Shown: one piece after another, positions 28,675 to 37,557 of the stretch
How positions within the stretch are numbered: position 1 is the stretch's first letter
Layout: each line of letters starts with the position of its first letter
Source: Candidatus Kerfeldbacteria bacterium
Lineage (GTDB): Bacteria > Patescibacteriota > Patescibacteriia > SBBC01
DNA length: 64,000 nucleotides
Assembly (NCBI GenBank): GCA_016207275.1
Contig: JACQPY010000017.1
Coordinates: forward strand, 2,479 to 66,478
Reading direction: 5' to 3'
Program-made: the position numbers and the translations under genes
Notes under the pieces: model-generated
What the model saw: only the letters and a program-made list of their open reading frames with translations
What the model was told of the DNA's origin: nothing
Databases searched by the model: none

Positions 28675-29298
28675 ATGGAGCTACGTCAGGCCATCGACGG
28701 CTTTGCTCGTCGACAACCGCTCGGCTGGGGGATTGTGGCGGTGGTCGTGGTCGCCGCTTTCACTTGGTCGTACGCCCGACCGGTGACGTACACCAATTCA
28801 ATCTCGTTTTCCGTCAATCGGATCAATAAAGAAGCGACGACCGATTACCAGTACGATGGGTTCTACGCCTTACAGGCGGCGGACTTGTTCGCGCAGACCG
28901 TGGTCAGCTGGCTGCAAACGCCGTCGGTACTGGTTGAAATCTATGATCGGGCCGGGATCAGTTCGAACGCGGCTCCCTTGCGGACGCTAACGTCGCGATT
29001 CAAGACGAAGAAATACTCAGCCCAGAACATTGTGGTTACGTACTCGACGCCGACCGAGGAAGAGGGACAGCGGATTGCCAAAGCCTTAACTGACGTGCTG
29101 AGCGCTCGAACCGCCGCGGTCAATCGGACGGCCGCCGGCGAAGCGCTCTTCGAAGTGCCGGCCGCCAAACCAGTGGTGGTCAAAGCCACGCCTGATCCGT
29201 GGTTGGTTGGCGTGCTCGCGGTCGTCATCGGCGTGACCCTATCGATATTCCTGATCCCCCTGGTCGACTACCTGGCTCGCGCCCAACCGCGGCCGTAA
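28675..29298 (+). CDS. bitopic membrane protein, possible Wzz-like polysaccharide co-polymerase fragment
   Basis: N- and C-terminal TM helices flanking a soluble domain. Sits inside the polysaccharide locus. Confidence 0.4.
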   Translation: MELRQAIDGFARRQPLGWGIVAVVVVAAFTWSYARPVTYTNSISFSVNRINKEATTDYQYDGFYALQAADLFAQTVVSWLQTPSVLVEIYDRAGISSNAAPLRTLTSRFKTKKYSAQNIVVTYSTPTEEEGQRIAKALTDVLSARTAAVNRTAAGEALFEVPAAKPVVVKATPDPWLVGVLAVVIGVTLSIFLIPLVDYLARAQPRP

Positions 29299-29413
29299 GG
29301 TCGTATGCCCCGCAGGACAACTACTCAACAGATAACTGGCGTGACAGCGGCCGCTTGCATTCGGTGGCCGATGGTTACGTTAACCTAAGTTTCGGACGGT
29401 TGTACTACGGGGT

Positions 29414-30562
29414 ATGCGCATCGGCCTCGATGCTCGATTTTACGGACCGCACGCCGGCACCGGCATCGGACGCTATACCAACCGCTTAATCGAGCAGCTG
29501 GAACGTCTCGATCAGGTCAATGCGTACGTTGTTTTTTTACGCGACGATAATTTCGATTTTTACCACCCGGCCAACCCGCGCTTCAGTAAAGTCCGCGCGC
29601 CATGGCGGTGGTACTCACTCGGTGAGCAGGTTGGTTTTCCGCGGCTACTCCGGGCGCACCGCCTCGAGCTAACCCACTTCCTCCACTTTAACGTCCCGTT
29701 GGCCGCCCCGGCGCCGTTCATTACAACTATCCACGACCTGATCTTAAATAAGTTCCCGACCGCCCGGGCATCGACCCTAGGACCAGTGCGGTACTGGTTC
29801 AAGCACGCCGCTTACCAGGCGGTCATCCGTACGGCGGCGCGTCGGGCGGAGCGCCTTATCGCCGTGACCCAACACACTAAGCACGACGTGGTGACTAGTT
29901 TTCGATTACCGCCGGACAAAGTTGATGTCGTCTACGAGGCCGCCGACGCCGCCCAGCCGTTACCGCTCGTCTCAGCGGAACAACTCAAGCGAAAATTCGG
30001 CTTGTCCGACCCCTTCATCTTCTACGTCGGTACGGCGTACCCGCATAAGAACTTGGAACGATTGGTTGAAGCGATCGCTCGACTTAACCGATCGGGAACC
30101 AGGCTTACCCTCGTTTTGGCTGGCCGTGATGACTACTTCTATCGACGGCTGAAAAAGTTGGTCGCGCTGCGGGGCTACAACCAGCGTGAACGAATCATTG
30201 TTTTCACCGGCTACATCAACGACGACGTGCTCGATGCCTTCTATCGCGCTGCCCAGCTCTACGTCTGTCCGTCGCTGTACGAAGGCTTCGGTTTGCCGGG
30301 TTTAGAGGCGATGGCCCGCGGCACGCCGGTGCTGTCGGCCCGCCGCTCGTCGCTACCGGAAGTCTACGGTGACGCTGCCGCCTACGTTGATTCGGAAAAT
30401 GTGACCGCGTTGGCGGCCAGCATCGGCCAGCTGCTTCGTGACGATGCCCAGCGACAGGAGCTGCGCCGGCGAGGCTTTTCCAGGATTCAACAGTTCAGCT
30501 GGGAAAAGATGGCCGAGCAGACCCTGGCCGTGTACAATGCAATTGGAGCGAAGCATTTATGA
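29414..30562 (+). CDS. GT4-family glycosyltransferase
   Basis: EGFGLPGLEAMARGTPVL motif. Confidence 0.8.
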   Translation: MRIGLDARFYGPHAGTGIGRYTNRLIEQLERLDQVNAYVVFLRDDNFDFYHPANPRFSKVRAPWRWYSLGEQVGFPRLLRAHRLELTHFLHFNVPLAAPAPFITTIHDLILNKFPTARASTLGPVRYWFKHAAYQAVIRTAARRAERLIAVTQHTKHDVVTSFRLPPDKVDVVYEAADAAQPLPLVSAEQLKRKFGLSDPFIFYVGTAYPHKNLERLVEAIARLNRSGTRLTLVLAGRDDYFYRRLKKLVALRGYNQRERIIVFTGYINDDVLDAFYRAAQLYVCPSLYEGFGLPGLEAMARGTPVLSARRSSLPEVYGDAAAYVDSENVTALAASIGQLLRDDAQRQELRRRGFSRIQQFSWEKMAEQTLAVYNAIGAKHL

Positions 30563-32715
30563 GCTCACCCCGACCTTCTTCATCGACATCCCGGGATCCG
30601 GCGGTACCGGTCGAGAATATTCTTGATTTACGTCGATCTTCACTGTCGCCACGACCCCCGCGCCGTTCTGAGACGCTGGAAGCATTTTGGCGTCGGCCGC
30701 CACGACCGAAACGTTCGCCGCGCTCATGGTCAGCCTGGGCCAGAGCTCGGTTAACGGCCAGCGGCCGACCGACGCGACCATTTCGGTTAAATCCGTTTCC
30801 CCTGATCGCCGTTGGTCTGGTGGTTGTCTTCGCCGTCGGGCTGGCCGTCGCTCAGCTCGTTGGACTTCGGTCACAGGTATTGGAAATCGCTCAGGCTGGC
30901 TACCGTTCCCTGTCGGTGGCGGCCGCCCGCGCCGCCGCCCGCGACCTGACCGCGGCCCAGGCCGCTTTTGCCGACGCGGCGCAACAATTTCAGGCGGCCG
31001 AACAAGCCTTTGGTCGGCTTAACCCAGCGCTCGAGTCAGTCATTGTCAACGTGCCGATTGCCGGCTCAAAGCTGAAGAGCGCCCAGCACCTCGTGGCCGC
31101 GGCTCGAGCGGCAGCCCAGGCGGGGGAGCGGTTTAGCTCATTAGCCATTCCCCTGAGCGACAACGGCGAAGGCTTTTCCGAGGCCGCATCGTTGGTCGGA
31201 AACCTTGAGCGCGATCGCGTCAACCTGCGGCAGATCGTGGCTGATCTGGCAACGGCGGCTCACGAACTGAGTCGGGTTCGGTCGAATGATCTGCCGGCGC
31301 CGTACGCCGCCACGATTGGTGCCGTTCAGAAAGCATTACCCGGCTTGCGGGCCACCCTCGCCGGCTTCGAGAGCGGTACCCTGGTACTGGCTGATTTACT
31401 CGGCGTCGACCAGCCGGTCGAGTACTTGTTTGTCTTTCAGAACGCTAACGAGCTGCGGCCGACCGGCGGATTTGCCGGCAGCTTTGCCCTGATCCGAATT
31501 GACCACGGTGTGTTCCGCATTCTCGACGCGCCCAACCGCGGCAGCTTGGGGGTCGATGACTACCTGCCGGAGACTACTCGGCCGCCGCTGCCGCTGCAGG
31601 TGATCACGCCGAGCTGGTACTTCCGTGATGCCAACTGGTATCCTGATTGGCCGACCTCGGCCCAGCAGCTCGTCCGCTTTTACCAACAGGCGCGCGGTTT
31701 CGCCCCCCGCGGCGTGGTCGGCTTGACCCACCGGCTGATTGAGCGCCTGCTCGGCGTCACCGGCCCGATCGAGCTGCCCGCGTATGGCGTGACCATCGAT
31801 CAAGAGAATTTCGCGCGGGTGGCCCAAGAGCAGATTGAATTAAAGTATGATCTGCGGGTCAATGACCCAAAGAAGTTTATTGTTGACCTGGTACCCATCC
31901 TGGCCGAACGTTTAAGCCAACTCGATCTCAGTCAGTACCCGGCCTTGTTGGCGACTGCATTGGAAAGCGCCGCCACTGGTGACCTGCAGCTGTGGAGTGC
32001 CGAACCAGCAGTCCAAGAAAACATCATCACCCTCGGTTGGTCAGGGGCCATGAGGTCTCCTGACGGCGATTTTCTCGAGCTGGTCGATACCAACGTTGGC
32101 GGCGGAAAAACTGACGGCGTTATTGATCAGCAGATCAATCATCGGGTTGACGTCGATCGCGACGGTCGGCTGCTGGCGACGGTCGGCGTCACCCGGACCC
32201 ACCGCGGCACATTCGGCAATCCCTTCACCGGCTACCGCAACCGGACCTACCACCGCTTCTACGTGCCGCGCGGGTCACGCCTGCTCGGCGCTGACGGTTT
32301 TACCACGCTGCCGGCGTCTATTTTCTTGTCGCTGCCGGCGGGTTCAAAACCCGACCCGTTGCTGACCAGCACCGAGGGCCGCGTCGTGGTTGATGAGCAA
32401 TCCGGTACGCGGATCAATGACGAGTTTGGCTTGACCGTATTTGGCAATTGGACTGAGCTTGACCCGGGAGAAACCAAGACGTTCACGCTGACCTACGAAT
32501 TGCCGTTGACGCTGTCGACTGGTTTTGACCGGTACGATGTAACGATCGGTCGGCAGGCCGGCGCTCAACCGCGGCAGTACGATTTTAACGTATCACTGGC
32601 TGACGGGACAGTCGTGTGGAGTTCGGTTACCCAGGAAAAACTCAACGCCAAGCGCTACTCATACTCGGCCTCGCTAGAGTACAGTCGGTCGTTGTCGCTC
32701 ATCCTCAAGCGTTAG
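30559..32715 (+). CDS. DUF4012 domain membrane protein (polysaccharide-locus associated)
   Basis: N-terminal TM. FQNANELRPTGGFAGSF motif recalled as diagnostic of DUF4012. Confidence 0.7.
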   Translation: MSSPRPSSSTSRDPAVPVENILDLRRSSLSPRPPRRSETLEAFWRRPPRPKRSPRSWSAWARARLTASGRPTRPFRLNPFPLIAVGLVVVFAVGLAVAQLVGLRSQVLEIAQAGYRSLSVAAARAAARDLTAAQAAFADAAQQFQAAEQAFGRLNPALESVIVNVPIAGSKLKSAQHLVAAARAAAQAGERFSSLAIPLSDNGEGFSEAASLVGNLERDRVNLRQIVADLATAAHELSRVRSNDLPAPYAATIGAVQKALPGLRATLAGFESGTLVLADLLGVDQPVEYLFVFQNANELRPTGGFAGSFALIRIDHGVFRILDAPNRGSLGVDDYLPETTRPPLPLQVITPSWYFRDANWYPDWPTSAQQLVRFYQQARGFAPRGVVGLTHRLIERLLGVTGPIELPAYGVTIDQENFARVAQEQIELKYDLRVNDPKKFIVDLVPILAERLSQLDLSQYPALLATALESAATGDLQLWSAEPAVQENIITLGWSGAMRSPDGDFLELVDTNVGGGKTDGVIDQQINHRVDVDRDGRLLATVGVTRTHRGTFGNPFTGYRNRTYHRFYVPRGSRLLGADGFTTLPASIFLSLPAGSKPDPLLTSTEGRVVVDEQSGTRINDEFGLTVFGNWTELDPGETKTFTLTYELPLTLSTGFDRYDVTIGRQAGAQPRQYDFNVSLADGTVVWSSVTQEKLNAKRYSYSASLEYSRSLSLILKR

Positions 32716-32827
32716 TTAAACGCTGAAGTTAGCCAAATAAATAAGGCTAACATTGGCCACAAGAGTGCCTGTGGACAATTTTTTGGCTTAGTTTAGGCAG
32801 TTTTTGCAGATCGGACAGAAGCTAGGT

Positions 32828-32856
32828 CTTGACAGGCAAACCATCCAGCTGTATCC
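32828..32856 (+). promoter_or_regulatory. near-consensus sigma70 promoter (TTGACA-17-TATCCT)
   Basis: TTGACA at 32828-32833 and TATCCT at 32851-32856. No protein gene lies downstream. Confidence 0.55.
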
Positions 32857-32862
32857 TATCCT

Positions 32863-33100
32863 GTTTTACGCTCGAAGCTCGTCCATTACATCTTTAGTTA
32901 GGAGAGAGGAATTTGAGGAGAGAGCTTCCGCCTTCGGCGGAGGAACCGGGAACGGCCTGAGAAACCGTTTCGACCACATTCACAACCACACCGAAACGGG
33001 GTGGATTGTGGGCGCGAGCTCTTGCCTCATGTCCACGACCCACTCCGTTTTCGATACTCGGAGAGAAAACCCCTAACGGTTTTCTCTTCCGATGCCTCTC
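32863..33100 (+). ncRNA. candidate small RNA (promoter plus internal UUCG hairpin plus terminal 9-bp hairpin with pyrimidine tail)
   Basis: Stable CCGCC-UUCG-GGCGG hairpin. Terminal GAGAAAACC/GGTTTTCTC hairpin at 33063-33086 followed by TTCC. No credible ORF. Confidence 0.35.
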
Positions 33101-33547
33101 TTTCCGTATACGGTGTCGCGCCTTGCGCCTCCGCTACCCCGTACAATCCCGCTGACGGGGATATACGGGGCAAGGGGTCCGTCCTCGACCCCTGATCGCC
33201 TGCCCCGTATACGAGCGAAGCGAGTTGTACGGGGTCGGCGCGGCGGACACGACGAGTCGTTTCTGGAATTATGGAGGAGGAGGGCGATCGGCGGCGGTCA
33301 TGTCGCGCGGTGAATAACTGCGCCGCACGACCAAGTCGATCGGTTCGCTGGGCTTCGGCCCAAAAGCGAACATTCCTCACCTCCAGATGTCCGGAAATGA
33401 TTGGATCGTCCGGAGCGTTCGGCGATGGTCTCGAGCTTTTGCGCGAGATCTCCCGAGCGGTCTGCATGACCATTTGTTCGATCAACTCTCCAGCTCGTCT
33501 GGAACCGCTCCTCAGGGAACTGGGGAAAAACAGAGGAGGTTACGGTC

Positions 33548-33907
33548 ATGACCACGATTCGCTGGATTCTGTACGGTCTACTGGTCGCTTTCGGGATGGT
33601 CTTCGGCTACGAGTCGGTCAGCGCCGACTACCAGTACAACGCCATCTTCTCCGGCGTGCTGGCGCTGATCATCACGCTGATCATTCCGTTCTGCGTACCG
33701 CGAAGGACGAAGATCTTCGTCACGATCATGGCTTTCACCGGTACGGCCTTTCTGCTGATGAGCCTCCTGGTGTACCGACTCAACCCGAAGGAGCTTGTCT
33801 ATCTGGTCCCGGTCGCATTCGGCCTGATCGCCCACTTCGGGGCCGCACTCTCCCTCAAGGACTTCGGCAAGGCAGACCGGATTCGAGACCGGTTTCGCTC
33901 CTCGTAG
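33548..33907 (+). CDS. small 4-TM membrane protein (orphan)
   Basis: GGAGG lies 7 nt upstream of ATG. Four hydrophobic helices. Confidence 0.6.
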   Translation: MTTIRWILYGLLVAFGMVFGYESVSADYQYNAIFSGVLALIITLIIPFCVPRRTKIFVTIMAFTGTAFLLMSLLVYRLNPKELVYLVPVAFGLIAHFGAALSLKDFGKADRIRDRFRSS

Positions 33908-34149
33908 CACCTTCAAGCCCACGACATCGTGGCAGGCGCGTAAAGATCGATCCGTGATCACGCGCCCCGGGGACAAGTTCTGATCAGACGCTGAAACAAG
34001 TTCAGCGTGACAGTCAGAGCGAGTCCCCGGCAGTTCCGAGCCAACGGTGTGAGATAACATGGATGGTTCAGAACTGCTGTACCAGATAGATCATTGATTC
34101 ATACGTTCACGCAGAACCCATACTCGTTGTTCATCATGGAGGGACATGT

Positions 34150-34536
34150 ATGCGGTTCATCGTTCGGCACGGAAAGTTGGTGCGCACGAGCAACCGTTTC
34201 GGCGGATTCGAGAAGCAGCGTTTTCGCGATTCGTGGGAATTGCCGTGGCACCTCCGCTGGTCGCGCCGGTATCACCGGATTCTCAAGCACGAGCTTGCAG
34301 AGGAAGTTGTGGATCTCGATGTGCTCTTGTGTGTTGAGGATCTGCCGGACGTCGAGATCGAGTTCTGCGGAGACCGGCGTTTCGCCATTCAGCTCACCCC
34401 CGAAGGGTGCTTGCTGGTTCGTCACCAGCTGGCCTCCAACGGAGCGTCGCCGGTCAGCCCGGACGGTTCGTGCCGCGAGTCAATCATGCCGCGGTCGTGG
34501 TTCCGGCGCCATCCCCACAGCCCAAGCTGGCTGTAG
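34150..34536 (+). CDS. hypothetical protein (orphan)
   Basis: GGAGGG lies 7 nt upstream of ATG. High GC3 in this frame. Confidence 0.5.
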   Translation: MRFIVRHGKLVRTSNRFGGFEKQRFRDSWELPWHLRWSRRYHRILKHELAEEVVDLDVLLCVEDLPDVEIEFCGDRRFAIQLTPEGCLLVRHQLASNGASPVSPDGSCRESIMPRSWFRRHPHSPSWL

Positions 34537-34602
34537 CCATCGTGGCAACCCGCCACCCTCTCGAGCTAAGGAATAGCTCGACCGTGAGAGGAGATGAATT
34601 TA

Positions 34603-34743
34603 ATGGAGCGCTGCGAGTTCTGCCATCTGCCTGAGGATCAGTGCATGTGTCCTCGGGAACCGGAGTTCGACCGGTTGGTACCGGTCGACGTAATGATCGG
34701 GCTAGGCTTCGCCGCCTTCGGCCCCGTCATCTCAAGGCGGTAG
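34603..34743 (+). CDS. 46-aa Cys-rich (CxxCH...CxC) peptide with C-terminal hydrophobic segment
   Basis: GAGGAG SD lies 8 nt upstream. MERCEFCHLPEDQCMCP... high GC3. Below the ORF-track size cutoff. Confidence 0.45.
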   Translation: MERCEFCHLPEDQCMCPREPEFDRLVPVDVMIGLGFAAFGPVISRR

Positions 34744-34752
34744 CACCTTTGG

Positions 34753-34799
34753 GGTGAACGATCTGATGATCCTGAACCAAGTTCAGGCGATCGTTCACC
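34753..34799 (+). terminator. long perfect hairpin (GGTGAACGATC ... CCTGAAC-CAA-GTTCAGG ... GATCGTTCACC)
   Basis: 11-bp outer stem plus 7-bp inner stem, immediately after the peptide stop. Confidence 0.5.
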
Positions 34800-34944
34800 C
34801 TCCCATCCTTGTTCTTAGGATGCTGAAACGAGTTCAGCATGACAATGCGAGAACAAAGATGGGAAGACATCGTTAGCACATTACATCAACATTCACCTCA
34901 AACCACCCAACGCTTTCATTGAAAAGCGCGGCAGGAGATTAACC

Positions 34945-35481
34945 ATGGCTGAGATTCAGGGTATTCTGCAGGATTCTTCTCAGTTTCGTCGTTCGCTCAA
35001 GGAAGCGATCGCCGCGGCCGAAGATGCTATCTCGGTTGTCGAGGATCACGTCCTCGATGCTGAGAAGTATCTGGTTGTACTCGACGGCCTCAACGGCGAC
35101 AAGCCGACTGTGATCGTGGAGATGCATCGGAAACATTTCCGTTGGCTGTCGAATCATTTCGAAGGCCAGCGGACGCGGCTCGAGACGGAGCTCAAGAAGA
35201 TGTACGATCGTCGCGAGCGGATTTTCGCCGAACGCCACGCGGCAGCAGTCGCCAGGCTCAAGGCCCGACTCGAGCATCCGGCGCAGGTCGGAGTGTCCGA
35301 CACCTACAGTGTCCCAACGCTGATCGGCGTCGAGCGTTCGGCACGGCGCAAGCACCGCAAGCCCCGTCGGTACGTGGCTAAGGGCGAGCGCGTCAAGCCG
35401 CCCAAGGCCCCGCAGCATGGCAAGCGCAACAAGGCCAACAAACCCCAGCGTGGCCGCAAGCGGGTGGTGCAGGCGGCCTAG
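34945..35481 (+). CDS. hypothetical protein with Lys/Arg-rich C-terminal tail (orphan)
   Basis: AGGAGA lies 7 nt upstream of ATG. Confidence 0.55.
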   Translation: MAEIQGILQDSSQFRRSLKEAIAAAEDAISVVEDHVLDAEKYLVVLDGLNGDKPTVIVEMHRKHFRWLSNHFEGQRTRLETELKKMYDRRERIFAERHAAAVARLKARLEHPAQVGVSDTYSVPTLIGVERSARRKHRKPRRYVAKGERVKPPKAPQHGKRNKANKPQRGRKRVVQAA

Positions 35482-35816
35482 TCCGGCTGACGAACCCTCA
35501 AAAGGAGGAGGTGAACGGATTGACCTAACGCTCGTTTGAAAATCGTCCCGTCATCCGACCGGACGTCAGGCAGGGTGCACGTGCACTCCAAGGGGAAGAG
35601 CCTTGAACTGAATCTTCCCCAGCAGTTCCGAGCCATCGGTGTGAAAAAGCATGGATGGTTCAGATCTGCAGTTCGTTCCAATTTGCGTGGCAGTAGTCGG
35701 GCCCCGAACCATAGTTCACCCGCAGTGCAACCCATGGAGGAAGCACGGATGACAGAAGACTGAGTGTAATTCGACATCGTTTTTCCTGATCAAACTCAAT
35801 GGAGGAGGAGATCACC

Positions 35817-36272
35817 ATGTCGAATTCAAGCTTTGGACGGCGGCGTCGCCGCGCCAACCAGCGCGCGCAGTCGATCGTCGATCAGATTAACACCTGTATC
35901 CGCAACGGCCAGCTGCTCGTGGCGCACGCCATGACCAGTGCTGGCGAGGCAGTCAACGGCACGGCCGGGTCGGCGTTCTTCTTGGCGGCCGGCATGAGCT
36001 GTGCGGTCGGTCCAGTGCAGGCCAGCCGCGTCATCCGACGGATGGAGGCGCCGCGGGTCTACCGTTTCTCGCCGGATGATCCCGCTCACGGGGCCAATGT
36101 TAATGGCTACGGTAACGGTCAGTCGAGGCTGCATGCCTCGGTGACCGGACGGATGATGCCCCGCGATCGTCGCATCGACCCGGAGGATCGACCGCTCCGG
36201 CCCTGGCAGCAGCATCTCGTGGCGTCCTGGATGATCGACCAGGTCATCCGGACCACGCCAGCGACCTGCTGA
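35817..36272 (+). CDS. hypothetical protein (orphan)
   Basis: GGAGGAGGAG SD upstream of ATG 35817 (M7 of the ORF-track entry). Confidence 0.5.
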   Translation: MSNSSFGRRRRRANQRAQSIVDQINTCIRNGQLLVAHAMTSAGEAVNGTAGSAFFLAAGMSCAVGPVQASRVIRRMEAPRVYRFSPDDPAHGANVNGYGNGQSRLHASVTGRMMPRDRRIDPEDRPLRPWQQHLVASWMIDQVIRTTPATC

Positions 36273-36727
36273 GAGGTCAGTACCTGACACCACGCATTCG
36301 CACCTCGCAGGTATCCTGCGACAGGGGACTCCCTCGACTTTGCTCGAGCGCGTCCCCTGCAGTTCCGAGTTACGGTCCATCGATCCTGAAACGAGTTCAG
36401 GATGACAGTCTGGACAGTGATTCAGCACTGCCTGCTCTTTTCAATACGAGGCTAGGAACCGGACCCCAGGAAATTCAAAATGAATTTCATAGGTACCCTC
36501 ATGGTGGCGAAGGGAAGATTTTTCTTCGAGCGACCTATGGTGAGCACAGTCGAACCAAGTCGAGAAGCGTTCGCGACTGGCTCAAATACTAAAAAATGTC
36601 TTTCGCTCGCCATCATGAGACGTCATCATGATTTCGGCGTGCTGCGGATAAACGCAAAGTGTGTTCCGAATGGATCGGAGCAGACTGCCGTACGGCAGCG
36701 TTTACCATGCAGCGTGGAGGAGCAGCA

Positions 36728-36793
36728 GTGAAGCGGATCAGCATCTTTTTCGCCCTGGCCGCGATCCTCGTGGCCGCTGTAACGACGAGCTGA
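36728..36793 (+). CDS. 21-aa hydrophobic peptide (VKRISIFFALAAILVAAVTTS), GTG start
   Basis: GGAGGAG SD. Followed by two perfect hairpins (GAAGAGGAC...GTCCTCTTC and CTAGTAGT-GGT-ACTACTAG). Confidence 0.3.
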   Translation: MKRISIFFALAAILVAAVTTS

Positions 36794-37001
36794 TCGTTTG
36801 AAGAGGACAAGCTTGAAAGGAGACCGTCCTCTTCACTCCCGAGGCTAGTAGTGGTACTACTAGGTTCAGGAGTGCTGCTCGATTCAAGACGGTGTCGTGA
36901 AGTGGTGGCAGCGCCGCGTGGATCGATTGCTGGTCCGCGGCGCGCTGTCACTCGTTTACGTCGAATTATGGCCACAAACCGACAAGGAAAGGAGTTCAGT
37001 G

Positions 37002-37331
37002 ATGGATCTGGAATTGGTCAAAGAGGCACTCAGTTCGCTGGCGGGCTTCGGTCTGCTGGCAGCCGGTTTCCTGCCGGTGGCGTTGATCACCATCAACGCC
37101 CGTACCAACGGCGCCTGGATCGGCGAGGTCGAGGACTGGCTGTCCTGGCGTCGTTGGACGGCGCTGACAGTCGCGGTGCTGGTGGTCGTTCGCCTGGTCG
37201 AGCGGCAGCAGCTGTCAACAGTCGAGCTCGTTGAGCTTGGAGTCTACGCGGTGTTCACCTTCGGTGTCATGCCGCTGGTGGTCAAGACAGATCGCCGCTC
37301 GCGGTTCTACCGTGGACAGGCGCTGCCGTAG
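37002..37331 (+). CDS. small membrane protein (orphan)
   Basis: AAGGAAAGGAG SD upstream of ATG 37002. Confidence 0.55.
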   Translation: MDLELVKEALSSLAGFGLLAAGFLPVALITINARTNGAWIGEVEDWLSWRRWTALTVAVLVVVRLVERQQLSTVELVELGVYAVFTFGVMPLVVKTDRRSRFYRGQALP

Positions 37332-37530
37332 CTTCGATCTGCACCGTCAGTATCTTGGGAAGGTCGTTGTTTCTTCGCGGCGACCTTCCTCCTCCCGAGT
37401 TCCGCAATAGTTACGGTGGGGGACTGGGAAGGGCGAGCTGAGGTACCGCGATCGTTCAATCATGACCAAGGAATGTCGTTTCTCCGCAGCGATCCGGTCA
37501 GAACCGGTCCACGCTTGACTCGTCGCACAC

Positions 37531-37557
37531 GTTTCCCCGCGTCCGCGGGGATCAATC
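37531..37557 (+). repeat. solitary CRISPR type I-E-like repeat-shaped palindrome (GTTTCCCCGCGTCCGCGGGGATCAATC)
   Basis: Resembles the I-E repeat consensus GTGTTCCCCGCGCCAGCGGGGATAAACCG. Only one copy and no array. Confidence 0.3.

Noticed and set aside
32804-33076. 90-aa plus ORF covering the TTGACA-17-TATCCT promoter
   Set aside because: It starts inside the promoter and has odd composition. The region is better explained as a noncoding transcript.
33271-33957. 228-aa plus ORF (MEEEGDRRRS...) and the 152-aa minus ORF 33027..33485
   Set aside because: They are Arg-rich low-complexity translations that run through palindromic structures. The 228-aa ORF overlaps out of frame with the SD-led 4-TM gene 33548..33907, which is preferred. 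The minus ORF is not completely excluded.
36897-37001. N-terminal extension of ORF 36897..37331 (MKWWQRRVDRLLVRG...)
   Set aside because: The internal ATG at 37002 has a strong AAGGAAAGGAG SD. The extension overlaps upstream hairpins.
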